Virus record (IMG/VR): IMGVR_UViG_3300020420_000671
Strand: one strand, 5' to 3'
Source of the DNA: a virus
Taxonomy: Duplodnaviria; Caudoviricetes
DNA: 64,000 nt
Positions within the stretch are counted from its first letter, which is position 1. Each line of letters opens with the position of its first letter. The notes beneath the pieces were generated by a model, which worked only from the letters and a program-made list of their open reading frames with translations, searched no databases and had not been told where the DNA came from. The position numbers and the translations under genes are program-made. Below are positions 1-7,717 of this stretch, piece after piece.

Positions 1-125
1 TCCAAGTCCTCAACGAGGTACTCAGACCCAATCTTGAACTTCCAGTAATGATTGCCGGAAGCAAACTTACCGTCTTCAGAGTGTGCTCCGTAATTTTCTA
101 AAACCTGTGTGCTAACTATAAACAT
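1..125 (-). CDS. hypothetical phage protein, 3'-truncated by window edge (MFIVSTQVLENYGAHSEDGKFASGNHYWKFKIG...)
   Basis: Manually translated; ATG at 125 preceded by GAGGGC RBS and TTGACA-17-TATACT promoter (188-160). Confidence 0.7.
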   Translation of the reverse strand, partial: MFIVSTQVLENYGAHSEDGKFASGNHYWKFKIGSEYLVEDL

Positions 126-201
126 TTATTTGCCCTCTTTTTTGTTTAACTATACTTGCAGTATAACACCCCCTTGCGAGGGTGTCAACCTTTTATTTTA
201 A

Positions 202-549
202 TTAATCTGCTCTGCTACCCATGTAGGCCTTAAAGCCATATTTCCTAAGTACCTCGGCATAGGCCTGTGCTCCGACCTCTTTACAGTCCATGCTCTGTCC
301 CGCATGTTTTGCCGGATCCCACATAGTCATCGTCTTGCTCATATGGCTCTTTCTAAAGCCCACGGAAGCAAGTGCCTTAGCCTCTTTCGAATTAGTTCTG
401 CCCACGCTCACGTCTACCCAAGCAAACCCACAATACATCGGCTCGCCATATTCGTTGCCGCCTGTCTTGCTGTTCCAGTCTGTTAAGAATTGTCCCACAG
501 CATTCTTTGCCGCTTGGGTTGCTTCTGTATGGATGTCTAGTATTTGCAT
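202..549 (-). CDS. hypothetical phage protein
   Basis: 115-aa ORF with its own promoter (613-585) and AAGGGC RBS. Confidence 0.8.
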   Translation of the reverse strand: MQILDIHTEATQAAKNAVGQFLTDWNSKTGGNEYGEPMYCGFAWVDVSVGRTNSKEAKALASVGFRKSHMSKTMTMWDPAKHAGQSMDCKEVGAQAYAEVLRKYGFKAYMGSRAD

Positions 550-760
550 TTTTAGCCCTTCTGTTAATGTTTAACTATACTTGCATTATATGATCTAATA
601 TCCTATAAGTCAACCTCTTTTGGAAAAAAAATTTCTACTGGAATTACAGGCATTGGTAGTGTTTGTCTCCGACTCTTACTTGGGAATTCAGCCGCCCTAA
701 CCCTCTAACTATATGCAGTATATGATCTATTGATAGGTCTGTCAACCCCTAATGGAAGAC

Positions 761-838
761 TGGCCTCTCCTGAGGGACTCGAACCCCCGACCCACGGCTT
801 AGAAGGCCGTTGCTCTAATCCAACTGAGCTAAGGAGAG
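761..838 (-). tRNA. tRNA-Arg(UCU)
   Basis: Cloverleaf: acceptor CTCTCCT/AGGAGAG, anticodon stem ACGGC/GCCGT with loop CTTCTAA, T-loop TTCGAGT, encoded CCA. Confidence 0.95.
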
Positions 839-893
839 ATCTCCAGTCATGCTCTGGGGGCGACTTTGCTCTGCCGCCCCCGACATCGATCCC

Positions 894-1232
894 CTATGCC
901 GTTACCGGATCTTTAGTTTCTTCTGTTTGGGTGGTGTTTGATTCGACAGCGTCAGTCACTTCTTTGACGATGTCCTTAGAACAGTTCCTTACCACGAACT
1001 CACTGATCGCACTCTGTTGTTCTTCTGATTGGAACTTAGGGTGGTTGATCAGCATCTGGCAGATCTGTGCCTTGGTCATCTCTTCACCAAGTTCAATCAG
1101 TTCAAGTTCGGTGTGACCGTTCTTAGAAAGGATTTTGATCCTCTGAACGAAGTCCTTTGCGAACCTTACCTTGACTGTACCACTTGGTAGTCTAGATGTT
1201 CCTGCTACTGAGAAAGTTTTAATTGTTGCCAT
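894..1232 (-). CDS. hypothetical phage protein (MATIKTFSVAGTSRL...)
   Basis: Start re-set to ATG 1232 behind GGAGGGC RBS and promoter at 1310. Confidence 0.8.
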   Translation of the reverse strand: MATIKTFSVAGTSRLPSGTVKVRFAKDFVQRIKILSKNGHTELELIELGEEMTKAQICQMLINHPKFQSEEQQSAISEFVVRNCSKDIVKEVTDAVESNTTQTEETKDPVTA

Positions 1233-1281
1233 ATCGTTTAGCCCTCCTTCTGGCTGTGTGTTATTGTTTATCATATAATGA

Positions 1282-1476
1282 TTATACACTCTGAACTGGG
1301 TGGTTGTCAACCTCTTTTTTACCAAAAAGTTGAGCCATCCTAGCTGGAAGAACGATGCCCGAATTACATGAATCGCAACAACGGCCTTCTCTAACAGGCT
1401 CGGCGTTATGTCCGAGATCCCATCCTGTTACTGGGTCCGGGAGGATAGGCCCCCCACATATATCACATTTCTTCAT
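1282..1476 (-). CDS. small zinc-finger-like protein (CxxC...CCxxC)
   Basis: MKKCDICGG...RCCDSCN; ATG overlaps upstream TAA. Confidence 0.7.
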   Translation of the reverse strand: MKKCDICGGPILPDPVTGWDLGHNAEPVREGRCCDSCNSGIVLPARMAQLFGKKEVDNHPVQSV

Positions 1477-1673
1477 TATTTGCTCCCTGCTTGAATTAAC
1501 ATTACGGCGCCTAAGCCCATACTTACAATCGACCCTGCCACTAATAATAGCATAAGCCAAATCGGATTTGCCAGTTCCATACACTTTCCGTCGCAGTCAC
1601 CAGCACTACCTGCCGCAACTACTATGCCTAGGAATATTAAAACTGTTCCGAATATGTTTAAAAATGTTTTCAT
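1476..1673 (-). CDS. small two-TM membrane protein
   Basis: Two hydrophobic helices around a CDGKC loop; own promoter and GAGGGC RBS. Confidence 0.75.
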   Translation of the reverse strand: MKTFLNIFGTVLIFLGIVVAAGSAGDCDGKCMELANPIWLMLLLVAGSIVSMGLGAVMLIQAGSK

Positions 1674-1746
1674 CTTGCCCTCGCTTTCTTATTATGTTTA
1701 TAATATAGCACGGAATTGGATCCTTGTCAACCCCTAATTTGGAGTG

Positions 1747-1962
1747 CTATTCGTAGCACTCCCCAAAGTCCTCCCATTCCTGCTCCCACGTAGGCTGGCC
1801 ATCATCCTCATCCTCTAGGAACCGATCGCTCAGTTCGTTAGCGTCCAGCATCTCGGCGCAGTCGTCTTCCGACATCCACTTGGCGCACATGATCACCATG
1901 TCCTTGGCATCGACCATTCCGTCTTCTACCAACTCGATCATCTTATCTCTTGAAATACCCAT
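1747..1962 (-). CDS. acidic hypothetical protein
   Basis: 71-aa ORF, own promoter and GAGGGC RBS. Confidence 0.75.
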   Translation of the reverse strand: MGISRDKMIELVEDGMVDAKDMVIMCAKWMSEDDCAEMLDANELSDRFLEDEDDGQPTWEQEWEDFGECYE

Positions 1963-2043
1963 TTTGCCCTCTTTCTGTTTCCTTATTATGTTTATACTAT
2001 AGCACAGGTTTGGACCCGTGTCAACCCCTTTTTTTAAAAAACA

Positions 2044-2229
2044 TTAACACACATAATAATGTGTTAACGTAATATCCTCCATGCTTAAATTTAATTGCTT
2101 ACTTAAATTATACTTTGTCATAAATTGCTGTCCCATAGCAAAACGTTTAGTTTTACTTTGCACAACGCATAAGTCCTGCACTTCAGCTCCGTTTACATTG
2201 TAAGTAAAGTGCACTTGTAACTGTTTCAT
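2044..2229 (-). CDS. hypothetical protein, proline-free, UC/CC-free mRNA
   Basis: ATG 2229 behind GAGGGC; promoter TTGCGT-17-TACTAT. Confidence 0.75.
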   Translation of the reverse strand: MKQLQVHFTYNVNGAEVQDLCVVQSKTKRFAMGQQFMTKYNLSKQLNLSMEDITLTHYYVC

Positions 2230-2298
2230 TTTGTAGCCCTCGTTGTTGTATTGTATTTGCATAGTAGCACAAAAAATGCTACTACGCAACCATTTTTT

Positions 2299-2502
2299 TT
2301 ATAAATGTTTAATTTTTGTGTTAGTGCTTTCAAAAACGTTTACACATTTTGCACTTGTTAAATCATAAACTAAATGTGTAGTGTATAATTTATTTTGTAA
2401 CATATACGCATTGCAATCTTGTATGTTTTCAAAAAACTGTAAATGTGTTTTATCATTTACATCTGCATCATTGTGTAGTAAATATTTGTACTGCATTTGC
2501 AT
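2299..2502 (-). CDS. hypothetical protein, proline-free, UC/CC-free mRNA
   Basis: ATG 2502 behind GAGGGC; promoter TTGACT at 2564. Confidence 0.75.
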   Translation of the reverse strand: MQMQYKYLLHNDADVNDKTHLQFFENIQDCNAYMLQNKLYTTHLVYDLTSAKCVNVFESTNTKIKHL

Positions 2503-2599
2503 TTTGCCCTCATTTTTTATTTTTATTATGTTTATAATATAACACAAAAAATCCAAAAAGTCAAGCAAAAAATTAATTTGTTTTTTTGGAAATTAATGC

Positions 2600-2628
2600 T
2601 TTACAAAACGGAAAATGTGTGTTATAGT
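2600..2628 (+). promoter_or_regulatory. sigma70-type early promoter, divergent from the 2564 promoter
   Basis: TTTACA-17-TATAGT upstream of GGAGGG RBS and ORF 2670. Confidence 0.75.
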
Positions 2629-2669
2629 GCATACATAATAAAACTTTAACATACTACGGAGGGTGCAGT

Positions 2670-3017
2670 ATGCAAAACTTTAAAACTATTACTAAAAAAA
2701 CAACTACTAAAGTGGAAAGTGTGCACGTGGATGTGTTGTACGCAGTAATTGAAAATTGCTACAACAGTTTACAAGTAGTGGAAGCAGACGGCACTAGTGC
2801 TAGTTACTTCCTAAATAGTGCTAACATTTTTGCACAACTACAGGAAGTATATGCAGAAAACTGCCATAATAACTATGTTAGTTTAGCAAGTGTTATGGAA
2901 GTTTTTGCTAACAACATAACTTACTACGACGAAGAATACGGCTTGTATGAAAGTGTAGTTGAAAATACTGCACTTGCTAAAGTTAAGTTGCAGGATTATG
3001 CTTGTTTAAGTAACTAA
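2670..3017 (+). CDS. hypothetical protein, proline-free, nearly UC/CC-free mRNA
   Basis: 115-aa ORF with GGAGGG RBS; the only plus-strand gene found in the early region. Confidence 0.8.
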   Translation: MQNFKTITKKTTTKVESVHVDVLYAVIENCYNSLQVVEADGTSASYFLNSANIFAQLQEVYAENCHNNYVSLASVMEVFANNITYYDEEYGLYESVVENTALAKVKLQDYACLSN

Positions 3018-3033
3018 CAAAAACAAAAAACAA

Positions 3034-3063
3034 AAAGACAGCAAAAGAACGCTGTCTTTTTTT
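3034..3063 (+). terminator. intrinsic, probably bidirectional terminator
   Basis: AAAGACAGC/GCTGTCTTT hairpin with T-tract between convergent genes. Confidence 0.75.
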
Positions 3064-3067
3064 GTGG

Positions 3068-3313
3068 CTACTTGCTACGGTGACAGCCGGATCCTCTGTT
3101 GTTGGTATCCAGGGCGTCGTAAGCACAGTCGTACATGTTCGCCACGATGCCATCTTTGGACAGATGCCTAGTAGCGTTAATGATCTTGATAGTGTCTTTA
3201 CCTGACAGGCCACCTACTACACCGGGGCCTCCACATCCGCTTAACATAATACAGAAGCAGATAACAACAAGGATAAACATCATTCCTGGTGGTGGGGTAC
3301 GAGGAGCAAACAT
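3068..3313 (-). CDS. putative lipoprotein
   Basis: Hydrophobic stretch followed by LSGC lipobox; ATG abuts upstream stop. Confidence 0.55.
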   Translation of the reverse strand: MFAPRTPPPGMMFILVVICFCIMLSGCGGPGVVGGLSGKDTIKIINATRHLSKDGIVANMYDCAYDALDTNNRGSGCHRSK

Positions 3314-3520
3314 TTAAGAAGCTACCTCAATCTGGTACCCGTAACTCCAATGTCCGTTGTCCATGTCAAACGTACATCTGTCCTTGTCCGCTACGAATAT
3401 CTTGTCTACGCCGATGCCATACTTCTCACCGTTCTGGCATAGCTCAATACCGGTCACCTTGGCCTCACCCCATCGTGTGTCAACCCTAGTACCGATCTTA
3501 ATGAATTTTCTGTCTGCCAT
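3314..3520 (-). CDS. hypothetical protein
   Basis: 68-aa ORF with GAGGG RBS and promoter at 3581. Confidence 0.75.
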   Translation of the reverse strand: MADRKFIKIGTRVDTRWGEAKVTGIELCQNGEKYGIGVDKIFVADKDRCTFDMDNGHWSYGYQIEVAS

Positions 3521-3698
3521 ATTACCCTCTTTGTTTGTTAATTTATACTTATATTATAACACCCTAATCTGCTCTTGTCAACCCCTCTTTTGCCAATTGC
3601 GATCTCTGTGGACCTGTTTCCGGAGGCCTTACAACGGGGCCTCGCATGTTGTATGCTTTATTATAGCACACAACACACAAGTTGTCAACCGTTTTATA

Positions 3699-4142
3699 CT
3701 ACGCCGCTACAGCCTCCTCTACGCTTAACTCCTCTATGTCCACGCTTAAATAACTTTCGTCATCTCCGTCGTGTCCCTGCATTCCCTGTTCGCTACCGCT
3801 ACAAGTTAAAAGTCCCCCTGTTAGTTCCTCTAACTTGTCTCCTATCATTTTGTCTAATGCTCCCGTGTAAGCAAGTCCGTTAGCATCCGTTCCGCCCTTG
3901 TACTTTAATTGTACAGTTCCTTCTCCACACGCAACTTCCTCGTCGTCGTATATGTTCCCATACACAAAGTGCAAGTACAGTTCGTCATTTGTAATTTCGC
4001 AATCTCCCCAGTAGCCGCCTTCGTAACTACTAGCCCAACCTGTTCCCAAGTTTATTACTACGCTGTAAAAATTAGCATCCTGCTTCTCTATAGTAACAGC
4101 AGTCCCTAGCTTCTCTTGTAGTTTATTTAAAAGTGTAAACAT
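3699..4142 (-). CDS. acidic hypothetical protein, proline-free, UC/CC-free mRNA
   Basis: ATG 4142 behind GAGGGC; promoter at 4208. Confidence 0.8.
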   Translation of the reverse strand: MFTLLNKLQEKLGTAVTIEKQDANFYSVVINLGTGWASSYEGGYWGDCEITNDELYLHFVYGNIYDDEEVACGEGTVQLKYKGGTDANGLAYTGALDKMIGDKLEELTGGLLTCSGSEQGMQGHDGDDESYLSVDIEELSVEEAVAA

Positions 4143-4217
4143 ATTTGCCCTCATGTTTGTTGTTGTTTAGTATAGTTACACTATAGCACAAGTATGCTAT
4201 AGTGTCAAGTGTTTTTT

Positions 4218-4694
4218 TTAATAACTTTCAAAAATCCGTAAACTTAAACTTAACCAGTGTTCTACTTGTTCGTCTACGTCCTTGTTAAGTAAGTTGTCGT
4301 TCCACTTTTCGTAACAAGCACATTCAAACTGTTCCGTAATACTATCCCTGTATTCCGTGTCGTAACTTTTAAGTGCCATGCCTGCATCTTCCAGTGTAAA
4401 AGTCCACTCCGCATGTGTTTCGCCTCGTTGCCAATCACCGTCGTGTTCCTTGTGTTTGCCGTACAACATATCCAAGTGTCCTAGCACTTCTCTCGCATCA
4501 CACATCCTAACAAAGCCGTCGCCTGCACGTCTGCTTTCTGTGTTCATGTTTGTTAAGCCGTCTAGCACACCCGCCATAAAGTCTATAACAAAGTCCTTTT
4601 CTTGTTGTGTAAAGCGTTGCATGTCCTCCACTTTGCTTGTGTCTGTTACAAGTACGTCCCACATGCTGTTTATTTTGCTGTAATCTACTTTCAT
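4218..4694 (-). CDS. acidic hypothetical protein, proline-free, UC/CC-free mRNA
   Basis: ATG 4694 behind GAGGGC; promoter at 4754. Confidence 0.8.
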   Translation of the reverse strand: MKVDYSKINSMWDVLVTDTSKVEDMQRFTQQEKDFVIDFMAGVLDGLTNMNTESRRAGDGFVRMCDAREVLGHLDMLYGKHKEHDGDWQRGETHAEWTFTLEDAGMALKSYDTEYRDSITEQFECACYEKWNDNLLNKDVDEQVEHWLSLSLRIFESY

Positions 4695-4757
4695 ATTTGC
4701 CCTCGCTGTTTTTAAGTTATAATGCATACTAGCACCGTTTTACCAAAATGTCAAGTA

Positions 4758-4895
4758 TTATTTTACAAAATATGTAAAATAATCCTCCATGTGTTCCGCA
4801 ATGTCGTCTGCGTTCTGCAAGTCGCCGCTAGCCTCCATCTGCTCGTATGCTCTGTTTAAAAAGTAAAGTGTAATCTTGTTAAGTAATTTCTGCAA
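4758..4895 (-). CDS. 45-aa hypothetical protein (MQKLLNKITLYFLNRAYEQMEASGDLQNADDIAEHMEDYFTYFVK), not in ORF track
   Basis: TTG start behind GGAGGGC RBS and own promoter at 4955; fills the cassette exactly. Confidence 0.65.
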   Translation of the reverse strand: MQKLLNKITLYFLNRAYEQMEASGDLQNADDIAEHMEDYFTYFVK

Positions 4896-4958
4896 TGTGC
4901 CCTCCTATTGCTTAATTGTTATATGCATATTAACACCGTTTTACCAAAATGTCAACCG

Positions 4959-5144
4959 TTAATTTTCAAAATTGCTATTAAAAATATGTTCCAGTGTTTC
5001 CTGCTCGTCATCATCCAAGTATGTAAAGTCGTCACACACCTTCGTCTCACCCGTGTCCGTGTTAGTAATCTCCAGCCTACAGCTCACGTTGCCGTTGCCC
5101 CATGTTGTAGCCTTCTCGCTTGCCGCCAATTTATAAGTGTACAT
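4959..5144 (-). CDS. hypothetical protein, proline-free, UC/CC-free mRNA
   Basis: ATG 5144 behind GAGGGC; promoter at 5204. Confidence 0.75.
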   Translation of the reverse strand: MYTYKLAASEKATTWGNGNVSCRLEITNTDTGETKVCDDFTYLDDDEQETLEHIFNSNFEN

Positions 5145-5237
5145 ATTGCCCTCTATGTTTTTTAAGTTATAATGCATATTACTACACAACACGCAGTCTG
5201 TCAAGCAAAAAATTCCAAAATAATAATAAAAAACAGG

Positions 5238-5266
5238 TTGACAAATGTGGCAAGAGGTGGTATTAT
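5238..5266 (+). promoter_or_regulatory. sigma70-type promoter firing into the non-coding region
   Basis: TTGACA-17-TATTAT; no downstream ORF. Confidence 0.7.
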
Positions 5267-6040
5267 AATAGTATAACTTGCGTAAGAGGGCAACACTGAG
5301 ACAGGTGTAGAGGGCGAGAAAAACGTAAAAGGGCTACAGGCTGGCCGAATCCTGACTAGATTTCCGCCCAAAAATCTCCAACAAAAACAATGACTTAACT
5401 GGACGAACAGAAGAACACATTCCGCACCCTCCCCGCCAAAACCGTGTTAAAAAAGCCACACCATTTCGCTCCACTAATCCAAAACAATTCCGGACCATCA
5501 CTCCGTCAAATTTCCAACGATTTCCGTCCAAAAAGCACAACGAAATCAAACACATAAAGGAGCTAGTTGAATCAATACATAAGCTCCTAGTGACCCAACG
5601 CCTTAGTTATCTGCATGCACACATAGAGTGACCCAGCTGTTATACTGTAGTGAATCCCCACTTCGAATCTGGAAAGCTGTTAAAGAGGGGCGAGCCAACG
5701 AAGAACGCTCTACGGGAGGCCCCTCAGTAGGACCAGATTAACGGCCCCGAAGGGGCCTCGTGACCACCGCAGATCAGCCTTGAAAATGGTTCAAACCACG
5801 GTGGTGACAGGGGTCTGTAGTGGTGGGTGGTGTTGCGAAAATGCCACACTCTATACGAAAACCAAAAGATCTGTAGCCAAAAAAGAAAAGGTCGAGGCAG
5901 GTGACGAGAGGCATAGTTCAAATACTCTGACCCTTTTGAACACCGTAAGACCCTACCGTGAATATACCGTTCAAACCGTAGGGGCTCATCTATCTAGAGA
6001 CCTTACAGCGGGGCCTATGCTTTATAATGATCTCCTCTAC
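5267..6040. other. long non-coding region with short repeats (possible genome terminus, packaging or origin region)
   Basis: No credible ORF; TTCCG and GGGGCCT repeats, hairpins and strong local strand skew; function is inference only. Confidence 0.45.
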
Positions 6041-6041
6041 A

Positions 6042-6128
6042 TGGTACGAGCAGTGAGACTCGAACTCACACGACCTTTCAGTCTACGGATTTTAAGTCCG
6101 TTGCGTCTACCAATTCCGCCATGCTCGC
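6042..6128 (-). tRNA. tRNA-Leu(UAA)
   Basis: Cloverleaf with ACGGA/TCCGT anticodon stem, loop CTTAAAA, long variable arm, A73 and CCA. Confidence 0.95.
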
Positions 6129-6146
6129 CATGTAAACGAACGCCTC

Positions 6147-6374
6147 TTAACCATCAGAAACGTCCGACCAACTCCTTTGCAACGGGGCCTTTGCCTTTGC
6201 TATTCTATCCACTATTAACTGATAGACATTTACGTTAGGAGTGTCAAGAGGCCAACTCAGGTCAACCGTGTCACTACCGTTCGCTCCGTCCTCTTCGAGG
6301 CTGTAGGATCTACCGCTACCGCTCTCCGAGCTATTAAAATCTATCGTTCCGCTGTCGCGGCTATTGTTATTCAT
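6147..6374 (-). CDS. hypothetical Ser/Gly/Asp-rich protein
   Basis: 75-aa ORF coupled to upstream ORF by ATGA overlap. Confidence 0.5.
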   Translation of the reverse strand: MNNNSRDSGTIDFNSSESGSGRSYSLEEDGANGSDTVDLSWPLDTPNVNVYQLIVDRIAKAKAPLQRSWSDVSDG

Positions 6375-6466
6375 CCTGTTATCCCATACACAATCGCATT
6401 CAGTATCACAGTGACTCCTGCCGCTATCAGCATTATCAATATCAGTGTCTGCCCTTCCGTGGGCAT
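6371..6466 (-). CDS. 31-aa single-TM peptide (MPTEGQTLILIMLIAAGVTVILNAIVYGITG)
   Basis: Manually found; fills gap with ATGA overlap to next ORF. Confidence 0.5.
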   Translation of the reverse strand: MPTEGQTLILIMLIAAGVTVILNAIVYGITG

Positions 6467-6473
6467 CTTAGGG

Positions 6474-6806
6474 TCATTCTCCATTGTCATCCTCCGTGTT
6501 ATCATTTGATATTACTCTGAGAGTCTTTCTCAGCTGATCCTGTGTTAGGGTCTTTCTGTCCTGTGGTTTGAACTTGATCTTAACGATCTTGTTGCCGTCC
6601 TGTTCTTCCGTTTCGTCTATCTCGATCTCAACTTCTGATCTTTCAACTTCGAATCTTTGAGCCAGTTCGTCTATGTCTCGCTGGAGATCCTCATAGGTTT
6701 CGTCATCCATCTGTAGATCAGCATATCGCTGAGCCAGATTCAACACGGTCTCAAATAGGGTCTGTGTCTCCGGATCCAGGGGTCCATATGTGATTTTCTC
6801 TGCCAA
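6474..6806 (-). CDS. acidic hypothetical protein
   Basis: 110-aa ORF, TTG start behind AAGGAG. Confidence 0.7.
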   Translation of the reverse strand: MAEKITYGPLDPETQTLFETVLNLAQRYADLQMDDETYEDLQRDIDELAQRFEVERSEVEIEIDETEEQDGNKIVKIKFKPQDRKTLTQDQLRKTLRVISNDNTEDDNGE

Positions 6807-6825
6807 TCATGTGTCTCCTTTGTTG

Positions 6826-7053
6826 CTACCCTTTGGGGTGTTCTATCCATTGCTCTTCTGGCAGGAAGCCAACGAGCCTATCGTGTGGTAGGGTTGAAAT
6901 AAGTTCTTCTATCGCTGTCTCATCACCACCCTTGATGTCCTTGCGGATCTGTTTCAGCACGGCATCTAAGAGCTTCTGCTGGGGTTCTGATGGCATATTG
7001 TTGAACATCTCCTCCTCAGCGAACTCTGACCACGTTCCCTTTTCACTAGGCAT
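6826..7053 (-). CDS. hypothetical protein (MPSEKGTWSEF...)
   Basis: ATG 7053 overlaps end of upstream gene; the longer ORF-track version is an artefact. Confidence 0.65.
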   Translation of the reverse strand: MPSEKGTWSEFAEEEMFNNMPSEPQQKLLDAVLKQIRKDIKGGDETAIEELISTLPHDRLVGFLPEEQWIEHPKG

Positions 7054-7645
7054 TTTCAACCTCCTCAAACTGATCCTGTTCGTATTCTGCCATTGATTCT
7101 CCAATGCCAAACTGTTCATCCAACTGACCCAACAGGGTGTGCCTTTCAGCATCCAGTAGGTCCGAGCTTTTATAGTCTGAGGGTGCCAAGCAGTCATCTG
7201 CTCCATCTTCCCATTCGCCCATGAAATCACAGCCACCTTCGTAATACATACAACGGATTGACACGTCTGGATTCTTTTCAATGTAGTAATCCAAAGCAGT
7301 CAGTGGGGGTGCCCAAGCTGAATCAAACCAGCCATTTATCTCAGCTTCGTCTGATCCTGCCACGTGATGATTGATCTCCAAGTGATCCACGTCAACGTCC
7401 CATTTTGTACCCCAATTGTTCACGGCCCAGTCATACCAGTTGTCATAGCCATCAACTATGGGTTGTGGCCCTTTGTAGTTGGCTGAACCCTTCTCGGGTG
7501 TGGGTGAAGTGGTTTCTCTCAGTGATTGTGGCATGGGTCTAAGTATGTCCAGCATCTTGCCCTTGCCTTTCACTTCCTGATAAAGAGCTTCGATCTTAGC
7601 CTTCGGACCCTTTATCGTTATTGAATTGTTACACCAATTTGGCAT
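7046..7645 (-). CDS. DUF1281/YubB-like ferredoxin-fold protein
   Basis: MPNWCNN start, WYDW...NWGTKWD and FDSAWAPP motifs typical of the family. Confidence 0.75.
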   Translation of the reverse strand: MPNWCNNSITIKGPKAKIEALYQEVKGKGKMLDILRPMPQSLRETTSPTPEKGSANYKGPQPIVDGYDNWYDWAVNNWGTKWDVDVDHLEINHHVAGSDEAEINGWFDSAWAPPLTALDYYIEKNPDVSIRCMYYEGGCDFMGEWEDGADDCLAPSDYKSSDLLDAERHTLLGQLDEQFGIGESMAEYEQDQFEEVENA

Positions 7646-7717
7646 ATTGCCCTCGCTTTCTTTGTTGTTTATAATACTATTATAAGACCTATAGGGGTAA
7701 AAGTCAACCCCTAATGG

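Noticed and set aside
730-1116. 128-aa plus-strand ORF
   Set aside because: Antisense shadow over tRNA-Arg and a real minus-strand gene; no RBS.
3640-5236. GA/GG exclusion explained by AT-richness, codon bias, restriction avoidance or CmdT-type mRNA GA modification
   Set aside because: G and C remain frequent, the rule spans non-coding DNA and codon junctions, it is single-stranded, and the mRNA strand is rich in GA.
5334-6238. ORF-track calls 5334-5555, 5724-5921 and 5780-6238
   Set aside because: No RBS, atypical composition, and 5780-6238 runs antisense through tRNA-Leu.
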